Source: a virus. From it: 64,000 nucleotides of DNA. Made by a program: the position numbers and the translations under genes. How positions within the stretch are numbered: position 1 is the first letter of the stretch; each line of letters starts with the position of its first letter. The notes under the pieces were generated by a model. The model was not told where the DNA came from. It made no database searches and saw only the letters and a list, made by a program, of their open reading frames with translations. Location: positions 64,001 through 128,000 of IMG/VR virus record IMGVR_UViG_3300020048_000015. The stretch is one strand, 5' to 3'. This document shows positions 1-10,037 of the stretch, piece after piece.

Positions 1-1248
1 GATGTTGCAGATGGTGTATTTGAAATACTTGCAACTGATGGTGATTTGGATTTAGGTGGTTCAGTAATTGATGAGATAATTGTCAATCACTTAGCTGATG
101 AATTCAAAAGAATGGAAGGTGTTGATTTAAGAAAAGATCCAATGGCTTTCCAAAGATTATTTGAAGCAGCAGAAAAAGCAAAAATCGAATTGTCCGGAAG
201 CACTACAACCGATATCAATTTACCATACATAACATCAATTGATAATGTTCCAAAACACTTAGTTATATCTTTAACTAAAGCTAAATTTGAACAATTAGCA
301 AATGATATTGTTGATAAAACAATTGAAATATCAAAATCAGCCCTAAAAGCTTCAAATCTAAATGCTTCACAAATAGATGAAATTCTTTTAGTTGGTGGAT
401 CATCAAGAATACCTTTGGTTCAAGAAAAACTTGAAAAGTTATTTGGTAAGAAACCATCAAAAGCTTTAAATCCAGATACCTGTGTATCATCAGGTGCCAC
501 AATTCAAGGTGGTGTTATCAGTGGTGACAATACTGATATTCTATTATTAGATGTTATTCCATTGTCACTTGGTATTGAAACTATGGGTGGTGTTATGACT
601 AAATTAGTTGACGCTAATACAACCATACCTACAAGAAAAAGCGAAACTTTTAGTACAGCATCAGATAACCAACCATCAGTAGAAATTCATATTCTACAAG
701 GTGAAAGACCTTTAGCTAAAGATAATAAATCATTAGGTAGATTCGTAATGGATGTTTTATCAGCACCAAGAGGTGTTCCACAAATTGAAATTATATTGGA
801 TATTGATGCCAACTCTATCTTAACAGTAACAGCTAAAGATAAAGCAACTGGTAAAGAAAAGAATATAAAGATTCAAGGTGGAACTCAACTATCAAGTGAA
901 GAAATCGAAAGAATGAAAAAAGAAGCTATTGATAATGCTGAATCTGATAAACTTGAAAAAGAAAAAATAGATAAAGTAAATCAAGCAGATTCTTTGATTT
1001 TCCAAACAGAAAAGCAAATTAAAGAATTTGATTCTAAAATATCTACTGATGACAAAGCTTCATTAGAAACTGCCTTAACAGTTCTTAAAGAATCACAACA
1101 GTCAAGAGATATTGAAAAAATTGATTCTGCTATAACTTCATTAAATGATATTTGGAATAAAATAAGCACCGAACTTTATAGTAATTCAAATAATGATAAT
1201 CAGACAAATGATGAACCAGAAGATGTAAACTACGAAGAAGTTAAGTAA
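1..1248 (+). CDS. dnaK: Hsp70 chaperone DnaK (5'-truncated by window edge)
   Basis: Frame open from base 1 ([15 protein letters not shown]...). Motifs [55 protein letters not shown]-terminal EDVNYEEVK resembles Bacteroidota DnaK tails. Confidence 0.97.
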   Translation, partial: DVADGVFEILATDGDLDLGGSVIDEIIVNHLADEFKRMEGVDLRKDPMAFQRLFEAAEKAKIELSGSTTTDINLPYITSIDNVPKHLVISLTKAKFEQLANDIVDKTIEISKSALKASNLNASQIDEILLVGGSSRIPLVQEKLEKLFGKKPSKALNPDTCVSSGATIQGGVISGDNTDILLLDVIPLSLGIETMGGVMTKLVDANTTIPTRKSETFSTASDNQPSVEIHILQGERPLAKDNKSLGRFVMDVLSAPRGVPQIEIILDIDANSILTVTAKDKATGKEKNIKIQGGTQLSSEEIERMKKEAIDNAESDKLEKEKIDKVNQADSLIFQTEKQIKEFDSKISTDDKASLETALTVLKESQQSRDIEKIDSAITSLNDIWNKISTELYSNSNNDNQTNDEPEDVNYEEVK

Positions 1249-1250
1249 AA

Positions 1251-1285
1251 AAAAAAGACCATTCATAACGAATGGTCTTTTTTTT
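1251..1285. terminator. Bidirectional intrinsic terminator
   Basis: aaaagaccattc-ataac-gaatggtctttt with A/T tracts on both sides, between convergent genes. Confidence 0.85.
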
Positions 1286-2513
1286 ATAATTCATCTAATA
1301 ATCTTTCTTTTACATTTACATTATAGTCTTTCCAACTCACAGAAGGTTCCCATCTATCATCAATTCTTATTTTCGGAATATCTATAATTCCTTCTGATAA
1401 AGAATGATTAAATATTTCTGATACTTCTTCTGTTCCTAAGTAATCAATAGTTTCTTCAATATTATCCATAATGCCATCAAAATTTGTTATATCAACTTTT
1501 ATCTCAATTGGACTACCATATTCAAATTTAATAATTTCACCATAATATTCTAATGTACTTTTCAATTCTTCAGAATAATAATCAACTGCTAAATCCACTA
1601 ACATATCATCTTCAGTCCAAGTTAATATATGCCTTATAGTATAATCATCATCCAATTCTTTAACCATATCTTCTAAATCATCATATTCTTCCAAATTATC
1701 TTTTTTACTTAGATAATCTTTAATAATTTTTTTATTATCATTATCCAAACAAGAACGCAAATTATATTCCCATTGTCCATCATAGCTATGATATTCTAAA
1801 TATACCCAGCCTTCACCATCCATTATTTTTTCAAATAAATCAGTATTAACATCAACATAATTTTTAATTTCATCTGGTCTTATTTTTAAAATAAAATCTG
1901 TTTTTAAATCACTACTTGATAAAATTCCTAATTCAATTAACTTAACCTTAGTGTTAAATGTATGGAATACTTCATCAGGAATATCTTCACCAAGTTCTTC
2001 ACTAAACACTTCTTCTAATAAATGTCTAACAATTTTACAATCTTTTCTTAAAAACTTATATGTATCTTGTAAATCCAAATATGTTTTTAAATCAGGGAAG
2101 AATTTATACAAATCATTTATTGGATTCATGCCACATTCAAATTCATCTACACCATATTCAGCAACACCATCCAATGTTGTTAGATAATTATAACTACAAT
2201 CATAATCACCATCTATATATTTTGGACCACCTTTTAAATCTGTTAGTTTATTTCCATAACATTTAAAATCACCACCAACTTCTTTAGGCGCACCATCTAA
2301 CGTAGTTAATTGATTATTAATACAATTAAAACTACCAGTTACCCTATTAAATTTAAGTGGCAGTTTAGTTAATTTTTCTTTTCCTAACCAAACATTATCA
2401 TCTACATCAATTGATCCATCTGGATTTATTGTGTAGTTTTGAATGTTATATTTTTTACAAATCTTATCAATTTCTGATTGATCAAAATTTTCAAATAATT
2501 TTAAATATTTCAT
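1284..2513 (-). CDS. Variable LRR-like family protein (3 repeats) fused to an unrelated acidic ~200-aa C-terminal domain
   Basis: MKYLKLFENF leader, N-cap (NYTINPDGSIDV..LTKLPLKFN), three 21-aa repeats, partial C-cap (QDTYKFLRKDCKIVRHLLEE), then non-family sequence. Confidence 0.85.
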   Translation of the reverse strand: MKYLKLFENFDQSEIDKICKKYNIQNYTINPDGSIDVDDNVWLGKEKLTKLPLKFNRVTGSFNCINNQLTTLDGAPKEVGGDFKCYGNKLTDLKGGPKYIDGDYDCSYNYLTTLDGVAEYGVDEFECGMNPINDLYKFFPDLKTYLDLQDTYKFLRKDCKIVRHLLEEVFSEELGEDIPDEVFHTFNTKVKLIELGILSSSDLKTDFILKIRPDEIKNYVDVNTDLFEKIMDGEGWVYLEYHSYDGQWEYNLRSCLDNDNKKIIKDYLSKKDNLEEYDDLEDMVKELDDDYTIRHILTWTEDDMLVDLAVDYYSEELKSTLEYYGEIIKFEYGSPIEIKVDITNFDGIMDNIEETIDYLGTEEVSEIFNHSLSEGIIDIPKIRIDDRWEPSVSWKDYNVNVKERLLDEL

Positions 2514-3129
2514 ATATAAGTATATCCTTCTATTTTTTCTGGTAATTCTACATTTTTATTATAATATTCACTAAAATCTTTAATTGCATCTTCTAATAAA
2601 TGTTTAACTACTTTACAATCTTTTCTTAAAAAATTAAATGTTTCTTGATAATCTAAATATATCTTAACATCATCAAATAAATCTATTATAGGGCTTATTG
2701 GATTATAAGAACAATAAAAATCCCCACCAACTTCTTTAGGACAACCCATTAAACTGGTTAATTGATTATAATCACAATAAAAATTCCCACCAACATAATT
2801 TGGACAACCAACTAAAGATTTTAATTTATTATCAGAACAATAAAATCCTCCACCAACATATGTTGGTGATCCATCTAAAGATGTTAAATTATTTATATAA
2901 CAATAAAAATCCCCAGAAACTATATTGAATTTAAGTGGAAGCTCTGTTAATTTTTGTTTTCCTAACAAAACATGACCATTTACATCAATAGATCCATCAG
3001 GATTTATTGTGTAGTTTTGAATGTTATATTTTTTACAAATCTTATCAATTTCTGATTGATTAAAGTTTTCAAATAATTTTAAGTATTTCATATATAAGTA
3101 TATCCTTCTATTTTTTCTGGTAATTCAAC
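2403..3129. repeat. 149-bp direct repeat (2403-2551 and 2981-3129) spanning gene junctions
   Basis: Hand alignment gives 6 mismatches in 149 bp. Covers the C-cap end of one gene and the leader/N-cap of the next. Confidence 0.9.
2510..3091 (-). CDS. Variable LRR-like family protein (3 repeats)
   Basis: Leader + N-cap + 3x LTSLxGxPxxVGGxFxCxxNx + C-cap ending ELPEKIEGYTYI. Confidence 0.9.
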   Translation of the reverse strand: MKYLKLFENFNQSEIDKICKKYNIQNYTINPDGSIDVNGHVLLGKQKLTELPLKFNIVSGDFYCYINNLTSLDGSPTYVGGGFYCSDNKLKSLVGCPNYVGGNFYCDYNQLTSLMGCPKEVGGDFYCSYNPISPIIDLFDDVKIYLDYQETFNFLRKDCKVVKHLLEDAIKDFSEYYNKNVELPEKIEGYTYI

Positions 3130-3609
3130 TGATTGATTATAATATTCATTAAAATCGTTTAAAGCTTCTATTAATCTATGTTTAATAATTTTACAATCTT
3201 TTCTTAAAAAATTATATGTTTCTTGATATTCTAAATAAGTCTTAATATTTCTATCAAATAAATTTATTATTGGTGTTATTGGATTATCACTACACACAAA
3301 ATAACCACCAACTTCTTTTGGACAACCATCTAAACTGATTAAGTTATTTTCTGAACAATCAAAATCCCCACCAACATAATTCGGACTTCCTTCTAAATTT
3401 GTTAATTTATTAATCCAACATATAAAATTCCCACTAACTCTATTAAATTTTAATGGGATTTCAGTTAGCTTTTTAAATGCTAAATCAATATTACCATTAA
3501 CATCAATTGATCCATCAGAATTTATTGAATAATTTTTTATCCCAAAGAATCTACACATAGAATCAATTTCTGATTTATTGAAGTTTTCAAATAATTTTAT
3601 GTATTTCAT
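3088..3609 (-). CDS. Variable LRR-like family protein (2 repeats)
   Basis: MKYIKLFENF leader, N-cap, 2 repeats, C-cap ending ELPEKIEGYTYI. Confidence 0.9.
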   Translation of the reverse strand: MKYIKLFENFNKSEIDSMCRFFGIKNYSINSDGSIDVNGNIDLAFKKLTEIPLKFNRVSGNFICWINKLTNLEGSPNYVGGDFDCSENNLISLDGCPKEVGGYFVCSDNPITPIINLFDRNIKTYLEYQETYNFLRKDCKIIKHRLIEALNDFNEYYNQSVELPEKIEGYTYI

Positions 3610-3665
3610 ATATAAGTATATCCTTCTATTTTTTCTGGCAATTCAACACATTCATCATAATTCAT
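3606..3665 (-). CDS. 19-aa mini-ORF consisting only of the family C-terminal motif (MNYDECVELPEKIEGYTYI)
   Basis: Read by hand, not in ORF track. ATG at 3665, TGA overlaps the ATG of the 3609 gene. TAATATATA motif just upstream (3672-3680, minus). Confidence 0.75.
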   Translation of the reverse strand: MNYDECVELPEKIEGYTYI

Positions 3666-3823
3666 ATTTTATATATATTAAAAATACTTGGAACTTTTTT
3701 ATCAAAATATAAGTTATTACCTAAATATGAAATATTTAATTGGGTAGCAACGCTGAAATTAATTAGTGGTATAATATATCTATTTTTAAATAAAGGAAGG
3801 AGATTGATTTTTATATATAGTAT

Positions 3824-5074
3824 ATGAAAATAAAACCGAAAGGATATTGGACAAAAGAAAGATGCTTGGAAGAGGCTCTAAAATACAACACTAGAGGTGA
3901 ATTTCAAAAAAAATCAAAAAAAGCATATCGAGCCGCATTGAAAAATAAATGGATAGACGAGATCTGTTCACATATGGTTCAATTGTTAAATCCAAAAGGA
4001 TACTGGACAAAAGAAAGATGCCAAGAGGAAGCTCTGAAATATAAAACAAGGAAAGAATTTCGAGATAATTCTATTACTTCATACCATACATCATTAAAAG
4101 GTGAATGGATAGATGAAATATGTTTACATATGCCTTCCAAAGTGGAAACTCTTCCACTAGGATATTGGACAAAAGAAAGATGTAAAGAAGAATCTATAAA
4201 ATACACCACAAGGAGAGACTTTAGAATAAAATCAAGAACGGCATATTCTATATCTGTTAAAAGAGGTTGGTTAGATGAAGTTTGCCAACACTTACCTGGA
4301 GAAAAACCAAAGGGATATTGGACAAAAGAAAGATGTTTGGAAGAGGCATTAAAATATAAAACAAGAACTGAATTTGAAAAAAATTCAATTAGTGCTTGTG
4401 TCACTGCTCGTAAAAATAAATGGATAGATGAGATATGTTCACATATGATTATAGTTGGTAATAGATATAAAAGATGTATATATGCTATTGAATTTTCTGA
4501 TAATCATGCTTATATTGGTCTAACATATAATATACAGGTTAGATTTAAAAATCATTTGAGGACAGATAAGTCCAATAGAAGTTCGGTTCGATACCACATA
4601 GATAGAACGGGGATATCCCCAAAATTAATTCAACTAACAGAGTATATTGATACAAAGGAAGCTTCTGAATTAGAAGGAATAGAAAAGAATAAGTATGAAA
4701 ATAATGGATGGATTTTATTAAATAGATCTAAATGTGGCGCAGTTGGTGGTCATACTCCTATATGGACAAAAGAAAAGTGTATTGAGGAAGCATCAAAATA
4801 CAAAACAAATAAAGAGTTTAGGATTAAATCACCAAATGCCTACTGGGCTTGTCAAAGCAAAGGGTGGTTAGAAGAGGTGTGTGAAAATTTAGAATATGCT
4901 AATAACAACAATTGGACATTAGAAAAGTGTATTGAAGAGGCTTTAAAATATAAAACTAGGAAAGAGTTTGAAAAATTCGGAAAAGGAGCTTATGGAAAAT
5001 GTGTAAAAAGTGGTTGGCTAAATGAATTATACTCAAATATACCAGATATAGATAATTTTACTAGACGTAAGTAA
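3824..5074 (+). CDS. GIY-YIG endonuclease with six ~50-aa helical repeats (putative homing endonuclease)
   Basis: CIYAIEFSDNHAYIGLTYNIQVRFKNH (GIY-YIG motif). Four YWTKERC.EEALKYKTR.EF repeats before and two after the nuclease domain. Confidence 0.8.
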   Translation: MKIKPKGYWTKERCLEEALKYNTRGEFQKKSKKAYRAALKNKWIDEICSHMVQLLNPKGYWTKERCQEEALKYKTRKEFRDNSITSYHTSLKGEWIDEICLHMPSKVETLPLGYWTKERCKEESIKYTTRRDFRIKSRTAYSISVKRGWLDEVCQHLPGEKPKGYWTKERCLEEALKYKTRTEFEKNSISACVTARKNKWIDEICSHMIIVGNRYKRCIYAIEFSDNHAYIGLTYNIQVRFKNHLRTDKSNRSSVRYHIDRTGISPKLIQLTEYIDTKEASELEGIEKNKYENNGWILLNRSKCGAVGGHTPIWTKEKCIEEASKYKTNKEFRIKSPNAYWACQSKGWLEEVCENLEYANNNNWTLEKCIEEALKYKTRKEFEKFGKGAYGKCVKSGWLNELYSNIPDIDNFTRRK

Positions 5075-5106
5075 TAAAATTAATAAAATTTAATAATATA
5101 TAATAA

Positions 5107-6360
5107 ATGAAACTAAAGAAATATTTAGAGTTTATAAAAGAAGAAGTGAGAATTTCAAATGTATATATACCAACGTATGAAGAATGTGTTGAGATATGCT
5201 CCCAGGATGAATCTCCTTTTTATGAAACTAAATTAATAGTTGAATCCTATCCTGTTTCGCTTTTCAACTATAGGTTAGCAAAATATAGCGATTTCGTTAC
5301 ACCTTTGCCTTCTAAACCAAGCGTCTCTGGAAAAGAAATGCGTGGTTTATCATTTGTTTTTAACACAGATGGAACACTATATAATAGATATGTTTTACTT
5401 GAAAAGTTTTTTAACTTAAATCAAGTTCCTGAATCTATGTATTCAGTTATAAAAAACTATAAAATAAAATTTGTAAATAACAAAGAAGATGGAAGCATTG
5501 CATCATTTATCAAGCTTCCAAATGGAAAAGTAGTTGGTAAATCTAAGATGGGATTTGACAACGAACAAGCTAATGGTATAAACTATGTTTATAACAACAG
5601 ACCGAAAATAAAAAAGTTTGTTGATTGGTGCTTAAACAATGACATCATACCAATATTTGAATATGTATCACCAGCAAACAGAATTGTTCTAAGATATTTA
5701 GATGAAGATCTAATCTTATTAAGAATGCGTGATAATAAAACAGGAAAACATATTGATTTAAAAAATCATATGGACAAAATCGGTTCTATTAAAATTGCAC
5801 CTTTTGAAGATGATGAAAAAGATTTGGATAAGTTAATTGAAGTAACTGCTACACAAGTAGATAAGGAAGGAATCATTGTTCAAACCGAAGATTCTAATGG
5901 AAATGATTTATTCTTTAAGCTCAAAACACCGTGGTATGTAGCTCGCCACAATTTATTAACAAATGATTTATATAGAGAAAATATATTAATCGGATATATC
6001 TTAGATGATATGATAGATGATTTGTTAGGGCAAATACCAGAAGATGAGAAAGATACCCACGAAAGAATCAATAAAATTATTAATATTGTTAAAAAAGTTC
6101 TTGACCAAAAAGTAAACGATATTAAAAAATTATACCAGGTTTTTGTTTCTATGAACAAAGATAGAAAAGAATTTGCTTTGAAATACTTTAAAGATAAAAA
6201 CTTTAGTTGTGTTATGTCTATGAACAAAGGTGTTGAACCATATGAAATTGCTAAAGATTGGCTAAGAAAGGAAACTGATAGACTTTTTGCAGCAAGAGAT
6301 TTTCTACAAAAAATAGATTCAACAATCTTTTTCAAAGATGCAACAGAAGATGATAATTAA
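5107..6360 (+). CDS. T4 Rnl1-family RNA ligase
   Basis: KEMRGLSF, LEKFFNLNQ, motif I NKEDGS, FEYVSPANRIV, KEGIIV, FFKLKTPWY. N-terminal MKLKKYLEFIKE leader. Confidence 0.9.
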   Translation: MKLKKYLEFIKEEVRISNVYIPTYEECVEICSQDESPFYETKLIVESYPVSLFNYRLAKYSDFVTPLPSKPSVSGKEMRGLSFVFNTDGTLYNRYVLLEKFFNLNQVPESMYSVIKNYKIKFVNNKEDGSIASFIKLPNGKVVGKSKMGFDNEQANGINYVYNNRPKIKKFVDWCLNNDIIPIFEYVSPANRIVLRYLDEDLILLRMRDNKTGKHIDLKNHMDKIGSIKIAPFEDDEKDLDKLIEVTATQVDKEGIIVQTEDSNGNDLFFKLKTPWYVARHNLLTNDLYRENILIGYILDDMIDDLLGQIPEDEKDTHERINKIINIVKKVLDQKVNDIKKLYQVFVSMNKDRKEFALKYFKDKNFSCVMSMNKGVEPYEIAKDWLRKETDRLFAARDFLQKIDSTIFFKDATEDDN

Positions 6361-6364
6361 ACTT

Positions 6365-6396
6365 AAAAGGACTGTAAATTAATTTACAGTCCTTTT
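6365..6396. terminator. Bidirectional intrinsic terminator (perfect 32-bp palindrome)
   Basis: aaaaggactgtaaatt|aatttacagtcctttt between convergent genes. Confidence 0.85.
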
Positions 6397-6397
6397 T

Positions 6398-6721
6398 TTA
6401 ATCTAAATATTCAGCATCACCATCTTCTAAATCAATATATCCTTCAACCCATTTAGTAAAATCTACATTATCTAATCTATCAAACATTTCATTATAAGGA
6501 ACAACTCTATTTAATAAATCTTTTAATATTGAAACATATTCTTTATGTTTGGTAATATCACCAACTATACTTTCCAAATCATCAGGAAAAGTCAATAAGA
6601 TATCACTATCATTATAAAAGAAAGTTCCTTCATAATATACATCATCATATATAATACTTATCATTACTAAGATACCATTTTCCAGTTTACCCAAATATTC
6701 TAAAATTGATATATTAAACAT
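6398..6721 (-). CDS. Hypothetical protein
   Basis: 107-aa ORF in a tightly packed minus-strand run. Confidence 0.7.
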   Translation of the reverse strand: MFNISILEYLGKLENGILVMISIIYDDVYYEGTFFYNDSDILLTFPDDLESIVGDITKHKEYVSILKDLLNRVVPYNEMFDRLDNVDFTKWVEGYIDLEDGDAEYLD

Positions 6722-6956
6722 CTAATTCATCTAATTTTTTAGATCTATTTTCTTCTATTATATTTTTCAAAACACCAATATTATTTAATGTATGATAATA
6801 TGATTCACCCATCTCAGGTCGACCATCAACAATATGAGATAACATATTTTGATACATAGAGTATATTCTATCAATTTCTTTTTCTGTGAAAAAAGAAGTA
6901 CCATCTTTTATAAGGTTTAGGTCTAAATAAATATTTTTAATTTGGTTTATATTCAT
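6714..6956 (-). CDS. Hypothetical protein
   Basis: 80-aa ORF overlapping its neighbour. Ends NRSKKLDELDV. Confidence 0.7.
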   Translation of the reverse strand: MNINQIKNIYLDLNLIKDGTSFFTEKEIDRIYSMYQNMLSHIVDGRPEMGESYYHTLNNIGVLKNIIEENRSKKLDELDV

Positions 6957-6960
6957 AATA

Positions 6961-7224
6961 TTAATCTACTAAAATTTCTATTTTTTTTATTTTATCATCA
7001 GTATCAGTAAATATAATTGATACTTTTGCTAATTTGGTTATTTCTTTTGATTCACCTGTGAACTCATTTACCATAACATCTTTTAGATATTTAACATCTA
7101 ATGTTGGTCTTTCCCCAAGAAATTTTCTCATATCTTCTTCAAGAATATTATAATTCCAATTATCTCGTTTCCAATCAATGTTGGAAACATATTGTCTTAT
7201 TGAAGCTTCTTTTAATGATTGCAT
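6961..7224 (-). CDS. Hypothetical protein
   Basis: 87-aa ORF in operon-like run. Confidence 0.7.
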   Translation of the reverse strand: MQSLKEASIRQYVSNIDWKRDNWNYNILEEDMRKFLGERPTLDVKYLKDVMVNEFTGESKEITKLAKVSIIFTDTDDKIKKIEILVD

Positions 7225-7240
7225 ATTTATTATATTATTT

Positions 7241-7576
7241 TTATGGAATTTGTTTTCTTTTTATATATGTATTTTCATCATTTAAAATTTTTAAAATTTC
7301 ATGTGATTTTTTACATTCATTAATAAAATTATCAATATCTTCTTTTTCTAAAAGAAACCATTCACCTTTTATTTTTTTTGTTTTGTATTTATTATGTAGG
7401 ATTTTTTCAATTTTTGTTCCATATTCAGACTTAAAAACTGATATTATTTTGAAGTCATTTGAATTTCCAGTTTTAAATTCTTTTATTCTATCTTCTACTT
7501 TTCTTTTAGTAAAGCCAATTTTACACCCATCATCTGTTGAAATTAAATATACATTATACATAAAAGTATATATCAT
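7241..7576 (-). CDS. T5orf172/MUG113-like (GIY-YIG-related) domain protein
   Basis: VYLI...KIGFT...RIKEFKTGN...IEKILH......KGEWF pattern. Confidence 0.8.
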   Translation of the reverse strand: MIYTFMYNVYLISTDDGCKIGFTKRKVEDRIKEFKTGNSNDFKIISVFKSEYGTKIEKILHNKYKTKKIKGEWFLLEKEDIDNFINECKKSHEILKILNDENTYIKRKQIP

Positions 7577-7615
7577 AAATATACTTTCTGATTTTCAAAA
7601 ATAATATATATTTAT

Positions 7616-8263
7616 ATGAAATACTTAAAATTATTTGAAAACTTCAATCAATCAGAAATTGATGAAATTTGTAGAAAATATAACATAAAAAACTATACTA
7701 TAAATCCAGATGGTTCTATTGATGTTGATGGGAATGTTTGGTTATCCGATATAAGTTTAACTGAATTACCATTAAAATTTAATAAAGTTTATGGAAGTTT
7801 TGATTGTTCTTGGAATAAATTGACTAATCTAGAAGGATGTCCTAATTATGTTGGTGATAATTTTTCTTGTGTAGCTAATAAATTAACCAGTTTAATAGGA
7901 TGTCCGAATTATGTTGGTGGGAATTTTCATTGTAATGGTAATAAATTGACAAGTTTAGAAGGTTGCCCAGATGAAGTTCGTGGTAATTTTCGTTGTGGTG
8001 CAAACAAATTAACTTCATTAGAAGGTCCTAAAGAAATAGGTGGTGAATTTACTTGTAATAGCAATCCTATAAACTTTATAACAAGATTATTTGGTGATGT
8101 TAAGATTTATTTAGAATATCAAGAAACATATAATTTTTTAAGAAAGGACAATAAAATAGTTAGACACTTATTAGAAGAAGCTTTAAAAGATTATAATGAA
8201 TATTATAAAAAATATGTATCAATTCCAACAATCTATAAAATAAAAGGATATACTTATATATGA
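7616..8263 (+). CDS. Variable LRR-like family protein (4 repeats)
   Basis: Leader + N-cap + 4 repeats + C-cap ending KIKGYTYI. Confidence 0.9.
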   Translation: MKYLKLFENFNQSEIDEICRKYNIKNYTINPDGSIDVDGNVWLSDISLTELPLKFNKVYGSFDCSWNKLTNLEGCPNYVGDNFSCVANKLTSLIGCPNYVGGNFHCNGNKLTSLEGCPDEVRGNFRCGANKLTSLEGPKEIGGEFTCNSNPINFITRLFGDVKIYLEYQETYNFLRKDNKIVRHLLEEALKDYNEYYKKYVSIPTIYKIKGYTYI

Positions 8264-8964
8264 AATACTTAAAATTATTTGAAAACTTCAATAGATTAGA
8301 AATTGATGAAATTTGTAAAGAATATTGGATAGCCAATTATACTATAAATCCAGATGGTTCTATTGATGTTGATGGTGATGTTAATTTTTATAAATTAAAT
8401 TTAACAAAACTACCACTTAAATTTAATAAAGTTTCTGGTAGTTTTGATTGTGCAAAGAATCAATTAACTAATCTAGAAGGATGTCCAAAAGAAGTAGGTG
8501 GTTCTTTTGATTGTTCTTATAATAAATTAACATCATTAGAATGGTGTCCTAATCATGTAGATGGTAGTTTTTATTGTCATAATAATAATTTAACAAATTT
8601 AGAAGGCTGTCCAAATTATGTTGGTTGTGATTTTGATTGTGCTGGTAATCAATTAACCAATTTAATAGGTTGTCCTAATTCAGTTGGTGATTTAAATTGT
8701 TCTTGTAATAATTTAACCACTTTAGAAGGTTATCCAGAAGAAATTGATGGTGACATTTGGATTACCGATAATCCAATATATGATGTTGTATGTTTATTTA
8801 ATTGTATTGTTAGATATTTAGAATATCAAGAAACATATAATTTTATAAGAAAAGATGGTAAAATAGTTAGACACTTATTAGAAGAAGCTTTAAAAGATTT
8901 TAATGAATATTATGATAGATCAGTTGAACTACCAGAAAAAATACAAGGATATACCTACATATGA
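8260..8964 (+). CDS. Variable LRR-like family protein (5 repeats)
   Basis: Leader + N-cap + 5 repeats + C-cap ending ELPEKIQGYTYI. Confidence 0.9.
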   Translation: MKYLKLFENFNRLEIDEICKEYWIANYTINPDGSIDVDGDVNFYKLNLTKLPLKFNKVSGSFDCAKNQLTNLEGCPKEVGGSFDCSYNKLTSLEWCPNHVDGSFYCHNNNLTNLEGCPNYVGCDFDCAGNQLTNLIGCPNSVGDLNCSCNNLTTLEGYPEEIDGDIWITDNPIYDVVCLFNCIVRYLEYQETYNFIRKDGKIVRHLLEEALKDFNEYYDRSVELPEKIQGYTYI

Positions 8965-9371
8965 AATACTTAAAATTATTTGAAGATTATACAAATTTAT
9001 ATCAATCTGATATTATAAGAATACAATTAATTAATGATTTTTTAGAAAATTGTAAGGAAAATCCTGATTATAATATTGAATTACCTGATTATAATGACTT
9101 AATAGATGATTGGGATGGATATGATGACCAAACATATATACAAAATAATGGAAATGAATTTATATATTGGGAAGGTTGGGTAAGAGCTTGTTGGCAAGCA
9201 GCATATAAAAAACCGGAATATAAAGATTTGGGTAAAGATTTAATTATTGAAAAAATTATAAAAGAAAGATTCCCAAGAATAGCAGAAGAGGTAAATTATA
9301 AAATAAACAATTATGATTATTTCAGACATGATGGAATATATATAATGAAAATAACTTTTACTAAAACTTAA
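8961..9371 (+). CDS. Hypothetical protein with MKYLKLFE leader, non-LRR body
   Basis: Starts at the conserved YTYI-ATGA junction. Body unrelated to the family. Confidence 0.75.
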   Translation: MKYLKLFEDYTNLYQSDIIRIQLINDFLENCKENPDYNIELPDYNDLIDDWDGYDDQTYIQNNGNEFIYWEGWVRACWQAAYKKPEYKDLGKDLIIEKIIKERFPRIAEEVNYKINNYDYFRHDGIYIMKITFTKT

Positions 9372-9414
9372 TCATTTTTAATCATACAATTATTATAAAA
9401 TTAAATGATTAAAA

Positions 9415-9828
9415 ATGATTAAAAACGGAAACACAGTTCTAGTTCATTATACTGGAAAACTAAAAGATGGTACTAAATTTGATTCATCAGAAGGAAGAGA
9501 ACCATTGGAATTTAAAATAGGTACAAACCAAGTAATACCAGGATTCGAAAATGGTTTAATCGGTAAATTTAAAGGTGATAAATTCACTATTAATATTCCT
9601 GTAAAAGAAGCATATGGTGAACATTTACCAGAATATGTCCTCCAAGTTCCAAATTCAAACCTACCTGAAAATGTCCAAGTAGGGCAGATGCTACAAGCAG
9701 ATAGCAATGGTCAAATAATAAATGTTCTTGTAAAAGAAATTTTAGATGAATATTCGGTTTTGGATGCAAATCATTCCCTTGCTGGAAAAGACTTAATTTT
9801 TGATATTGAAATAGTAGATTTCAATTAA
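9415..9828 (+). CDS. FKBP-type peptidyl-prolyl isomerase (SlyD/FkpB-like)
   Basis: VLVHYTGKLKDGTKFDSSEGREPLEF..G..QVIPGFE, AYGE, LDANHSLAGKDLIFDIEI. Confidence 0.93.
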   Translation: MIKNGNTVLVHYTGKLKDGTKFDSSEGREPLEFKIGTNQVIPGFENGLIGKFKGDKFTINIPVKEAYGEHLPEYVLQVPNSNLPENVQVGQMLQADSNGQIINVLVKEILDEYSVLDANHSLAGKDLIFDIEIVDFN

Positions 9829-9838
9829 ATTTTTTTTT

Positions 9839-9866
9839 AAACCCACCAAAATTTGGTGGGTTTTTT
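9839..9866 (+). terminator. Intrinsic terminator
   Basis: aaacccaccaaa-a-tttggtgggtttttt after the FKBP gene. Confidence 0.85.
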
Positions 9867-10037
9867 CAATATAATATTTATATAATATATCATGATCTTG
9901 CACTTTTTTAAAAATTAAACTTTATTAAAACAATATATCTAATGTACACAATAGCATATCATTTAATATTTCAGACTAAAATAAACAAATAAATTTTAAT
10001 CTTTATAATAGATATAAAAATATAAATAATCTATTAG

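Noticed and set aside
3727-3747. MKYLIG* as another leader remnant
   Set aside because: Only four residues match; expected by chance in AT-rich DNA.
9942-9992. 16-aa ORF MYTIAYHLIFQTKINK resembling an IS200 TnpA N-terminus
   Set aside because: Too short; no continuation, hairpin ends or TnpB nearby.
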